Below are positions 60,344 to 64,000 of a stretch of 64,000 nucleotides of DNA, piece after piece (position 1 is the first letter of the stretch; the number at the start of each line of letters is the position of its first letter). Both the position numbers and the translations under genes were made by a program. This stretch comes from Rubripirellula sp. (GTDB lineage Bacteria > Planctomycetota > Planctomycetia > Pirellulales > Pirellulaceae). The notes beneath the pieces are model-generated. The model did not search any database. It was not told the origin of the DNA and saw only the letters and a list, made by a program, of their open reading frames with translations. The DNA is taken from assembly GCA_965216875.1 (NCBI GenBank), contig OZ244207.1, forward strand, positions 5,440,001-5,504,000. Direction: 5' to 3'.

Positions 60344-61426
60344 CTAGTCGACCATGTCGCCGCGCAACTGGTCGCGGTCGTATTCAATCAAAGCATCGGT
60401 CACAGGTGTGACATCCCCGGTCATGACCTGGTCCAACTTGTACAGAGTCAGATTGATTCGATGGTCCGTCAATCGATTCTGTGGAAAGTTGTAGGTTCGA
60501 ATACGTTGGCTGCGGTCGCCTGATCCGATCAAACCCTTTCGAGCCTGAGCCTGTTTAGCCGCTTCTTCCTCGCGTTTCTTTTCGTAGATTCGCGCTTTGA
60601 GAACACGTAGGGCTTTGGCAAGGTTTTTGTGTTGGCTCTTTTCATCCTGACACTGGACAACAATTCCAGTCTCATGGTGAGTCAACCGGATCGCCGACTC
60701 GGTCTTGTTCACGTGCTGGCCGCCAGGACCAGAGGCACCGAACTTGTCGACGCGGTAGTCATCCGACTTCAGTTCGACTTCGACATCTTCTGGTTCGGGC
60801 ATCACGGCCACGGTCGCGGCCGAGGTGTGAACGCGACCTTGTGTTTCGGTTTCGGGAACACGCTGCACGCGGTGCCCACCCGACTCGTAAGCCAAGTCGC
60901 GAAAGACGTTCTCGCCTTCGAGCGTCAGTGTGATTTCCTTGAAGCCACCCATCTCCGTGGCGCTTGCGTCCATGATTTCGACCTTCCAACCCTTTTGCTC
61001 GGCATAGCGACGATACATTTCGTAAAGGTCGCGAGCAAAAAGGGCTGCCTCGTCACCGCCGGTGCCGGCACGGATTTCCATCACGCAGCGAGTCCGATGG
61101 CTGTCTTCGCCACCAACCGTCAACGAGAGAAGCTCTTCCCAAACTTCTTCGCGCTGGGTGCGAAGGTCGGCCATCTCGGCTTCGGCCATCTCGCGTTCTT
61201 CTGCGTCTTCGGCCGCCTCGGCCATTTCCTGACAACCGTGAATCTCATCGGTCATCCGCTTGAAGTCGCGGTACTTGTTGGCAACCTTCGCCAACCCGCC
61301 GTGCTCGCGCGCAGCCGCACTCATCCGAGCCCCGTCGCCGAGGACTTCGGGGTCGGCCATGTCTCGTTCAAGCTGCTCGAAACGAGCAAGCTTCTCTTCC
61401 AAGGTGTCGCGTATGGATCCGCTCAT
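60344..61426 (-). CDS. prfA: peptide chain release factor 1
   Basis: [21 protein letters not shown] (PxT), [13 protein letters not shown]. Confidence 0.98.
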   Translation of the reverse strand: MSGSIRDTLEEKLARFEQLERDMADPEVLGDGARMSAAAREHGGLAKVANKYRDFKRMTDEIHGCQEMAEAAEDAEEREMAEAEMADLRTQREEVWEELLSLTVGGEDSHRTRCVMEIRAGTGGDEAALFARDLYEMYRRYAEQKGWKVEIMDASATEMGGFKEITLTLEGENVFRDLAYESGGHRVQRVPETETQGRVHTSAATVAVMPEPEDVEVELKSDDYRVDKFGASGPGGQHVNKTESAIRLTHHETGIVVQCQDEKSQHKNLAKALRVLKARIYEKKREEEAAKQAQARKGLIGSGDRSQRIRTYNFPQNRLTDHRINLTLYKLDQVMTGDVTPVTDALIEYDRDQLRGDMVD

Positions 61427-61517
61427 GCGAGAATCTTAGCGGGAGAAGGCAAAATGGCCCAGTTGGGAATCAACCGAGAGAATCTCTGGTCGTTTGAGCG
61501 ACCGGGTGTCTCGGTAC

Positions 61518-61559
61518 AAAGAAAAACCGCACGATTCATGAGGTCGAATCGCGCGGCTT
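61518..61559 (-). terminator. intrinsic terminator after rpmE
   Basis: CCGCGCGATTC..GAATCGTGCGG hairpin followed by TTTTTCTTT on the minus strand. Confidence 0.65.
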
Positions 61560-61608
61560 GGTTCATTCGCCAAGCATCGTCGCTCGGCAAAGTGGCTCGG
61601 CAAGAAGG

Positions 61609-61848
61609 CTATTTCTTCTTCTTTTTCTTCGGACTAAGCGATCCGTAGGTGCCGGCAGCAAATTTCTTTTGGAACTTATCGATTCGACCAGCCGTGTCGA
61701 CGTATTTCAGCTTGCCCGTGTAGAACGGGTGGCATTCGTTGCAAATGTCGATTTTCAGTTCAGGACGAACGCTGCGTGTGGTGAAGGTGCTACCACAACC
61801 GCAGGTGACGGTCGTCTCTTGATAATCGGGGTGGATACCCTCTTTCAT
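61609..61848 (-). CDS. rpmE: 50S ribosomal protein L31 (Zn-binding type)
   Basis: [27 protein letters not shown]. Confidence 0.97.
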   Translation of the reverse strand: MKEGIHPDYQETTVTCGCGSTFTTRSVRPELKIDICNECHPFYTGKLKYVDTAGRIDKFQKKFAAGTYGSLSPKKKKKK

Positions 61849-62004
61849 GGCTCTCTTCTTCAATCAAGTGGAAAGCCGAAACTGGCTTGGTACAGGCTCG
61901 GCGTGAACCCCGAAATGTACGCGAGAGAGGCCGATTTGTACAAGGGCGTGTCGCTCTCTTTTTGCCCAGAAAATCGCCCAATTGACCGGTTTTTCCAGCA
62001 AAAT

Positions 62005-64000
62005 CTAGCGGACCAGTCGCCAGCAGCGGTGAATCCGCCGGTTGCGAAAATCCTCGGGCACCGTCTGTTTGCTGATTTCGTGCACCTCACTGACTTCTAG
62101 CGGCGAGGGATCGAACTTAAACCGCCGGAAGTTGTTCGAAAAGTAAATCACACCACCTTTACGGACCAGCGGCAAAAGATCCCGCAGTAGCGGCACCGCG
62201 TCGTCCTGCAGATTCCAGTCGCTCTCGGTCCGCTTGCTGTTGGAGAACGTCGGCGGGTCGAGCACAACAAGGTCGTACATCGCACCGGGCGCATGCTCGC
62301 GCACAAAGTCACCGACGTCGCTGGCGATGAACTCGTGCTGTGCCCCTTCGAACCCATTACGAGTCATGTTCTTTTCGGCCCAATCGAGGTAGTTCCGTGA
62401 CATGTCAACGGTCACGGTGCGGCGTGCGCCACCGGCGGCCGCGTACACCGAAAACGATCCTGTGTAGGCAAACAGATTCAAGAACGTTTTGCCCTCTGCC
62501 TGTTCTCGGATCATCCGCCGCGTTTCGCGATGATCAAGAAACAAACCGGTGTCGACATAGTCGGCAAGGTTCACCAAGAACGTCAGACCACCTTCATTGA
62601 CTTCGATCATCCGTCCCGACTGGCCAACCTTTTCATGTTGGGTTGTGCCCCGCTGTCGCTTGCGACGTTTCATAAAGACGTGGTCTTTGGGAATGTCGAG
62701 CGTTTCGGCCGCCGTGTCGGCCATCAGATCGAGCCAGTTGGCATGTTGCGCTGGATCTCGATCGTGTGGGCGTTCGTACTCTGAAATATGCAGGTAGTCT
62801 TCGTAGCGATCGACAACAAGTGGGATCTCGGGAACGTCTCGCTCGTAAAGTCGAAAACAAGTGATCCCACGTTTGGTGGGCCAGCGGCGCAGATGCCGCG
62901 CGCGATTGGTCAACCTTGCAGCAAACAATTTCGCTTGCTCTTGTGCCTTTTCCGTTAGCTGGCCAAACGCCGCTTCGCCCGCGGCATGCACGTAAGGCTT
63001 TGCCTTGGCTGCAGCGGAAACATCTGATGATGTCGACTCGCCCGATCGTTCTGACGAACTTGAAACATCGGCTTCGTCGTTTGCACTGGGCGTTTCGTCA
63101 GACGCTGCGTCAGACGCTGAGGCGGCTCCCTTACCGGCGACCGGCTTGGGGCCGTGGAACTGAAAGTAGGTGCACTCGATGCGCCCGTTGTAAAGCTTGC
63201 GGCGTCGATCTGCCTTGCGCCCCATGATCGATTCGAATCTTGGGTACGCGGTCAGAATGTAATGCGACCAGGTTGGCAACTTGGCCAACACTCCGGGCAA
63301 CATCGCGTACAAGTCCTCGAGTTCTCGGTCGCCGATGCGTTGTCCGTAAGGTGGGTTCGTGATCAAGCAACCGAATCGACGCCGACTGCTGATTCGTTGG
63401 GCGTTGCCCACTTGAAAGTGAATGTCGTCGGCCACCCCCGCCCGCTCGGCATTCTGTCGCGCCGCCGTCAAGACTTTGCCGTCGATGTCGCTGCCGAGCA
63501 AACGTTCCTCGAGCGTCGGCAGTTCGCCATCAATCGCATCTTGGCGCACTTGTTGCCAAAGTTCGGCATTGTAGACGGGCCAAGCTTGAAACGCGAACTC
63601 GCGATCTTTTCCAGGTGCGATCTTGCGACCAATCCGAGCAGCTTCGATCGGGATCGTGCCGCTTCCACAAAACGGGTCAATCAACGGCTTGTCATGCCGC
63701 CAATAGCTCAACATCACCATCGCCGCCGCGAGCGTTTCTTTGAGAGGTGCCGCGGAAATGGCTGTGCGATAGCCGCGGCGGTGCAACGAACGTCCCGTTG
63801 TGTCGATCGTGAGCGTCGCCGTGTCTTTTAGCAGTGCGATGTCGATCTTGAACTGTGGCCCCGTTTCGAGCAACGTTTGTGTCGAGTGGTCGCGTTGCAT
63901 CGCGTCGACGATGGCTCGCTTGACACTTCGCTGGACTGCCGGAACGCTGGAAAGTTGTGACTTGATCGATCGCCCCGTGACGGGAAACTCTGCTTCGACC
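62005..64000 (-). CDS. rlmKL: bifunctional 23S rRNA methyltransferase RlmKL (5' end beyond window)
   Basis: SLHRRGYR, APLKETLAA, DPFCGSGT, TNPPYG; DTGLFLDHR, LNLFAYTG, DPPTFSNSK. Confidence 0.95.
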   Translation of the reverse strand, partial: VEAEFPVTGRSIKSQLSSVPAVQRSVKRAIVDAMQRDHSTQTLLETGPQFKIDIALLKDTATLTIDTTGRSLHRRGYRTAISAAPLKETLAAAMVMLSYWRHDKPLIDPFCGSGTIPIEAARIGRKIAPGKDREFAFQAWPVYNAELWQQVRQDAIDGELPTLEERLLGSDIDGKVLTAARQNAERAGVADDIHFQVGNAQRISSRRRFGCLITNPPYGQRIGDRELEDLYAMLPGVLAKLPTWSHYILTAYPRFESIMGRKADRRRKLYNGRIECTYFQFHGPKPVAGKGAASASDAASDETPSANDEADVSSSSERSGESTSSDVSAAAKAKPYVHAAGEAAFGQLTEKAQEQAKLFAARLTNRARHLRRWPTKRGITCFRLYERDVPEIPLVVDRYEDYLHISEYERPHDRDPAQHANWLDLMADTAAETLDIPKDHVFMKRRKRQRGTTQHEKVGQSGRMIEVNEGGLTFLVNLADYVDTGLFLDHRETRRMIREQAEGKTFLNLFAYTGSFSVYAAAGGARRTVTVDMSRNYLDWAEKNMTRNGFEGAQHEFIASDVGDFVREHAPGAMYDLVVLDPPTFSNSKRTESDWNLQDDAVPLLRDLLPLVRKGGVIYFSNNFRRFKFDPSPLEVSEVHEISKQTVPEDFRNRRIHRCWRLVR

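Overview
Bacterial chromosomal segment, most likely a planctomycete of the Pirellulaceae type (inferred from protein content, not proven). It is mostly housekeeping: accA, serA/serC, putA, truA/asd, leuA, purD, rpmE-prfA-prmC and a partial rlmKL. It also carries two flagellar blocks (flhA-flhF-orf-fliA and fliP-Q-R-flhB), polysaccharide genes, and a heme A/copper assembly cluster headed by two paralogous cupredoxin-like proteins. About four-fifths of the called genes lie on the minus strand. The most interesting signals are non-coding. (1) A dif-like XerC/XerD site at 7-34, with every KOPS-like octamer found by eye (GGGNAGGG) pointing toward it, suggests the window abuts the replication terminus. 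(2) A complete IS1380-family element (4088-5764, 14-bp IRs, CTAG duplication) is inserted exactly into a REP-like palindrome, and intact empty copies of that palindrome occur elsewhere in the window. (3) A Leu-rich leader peptide and terminator, too short for the ORF track, form a classic attenuator upstream of leuA. (4) Many distinct REP-like palindrome families form mosaic intergenic arrays, and some supply stop codons to genes. No rRNA, tRNA or CRISPR was seen. All protein calls come from motif recognition by eye, without database searches.
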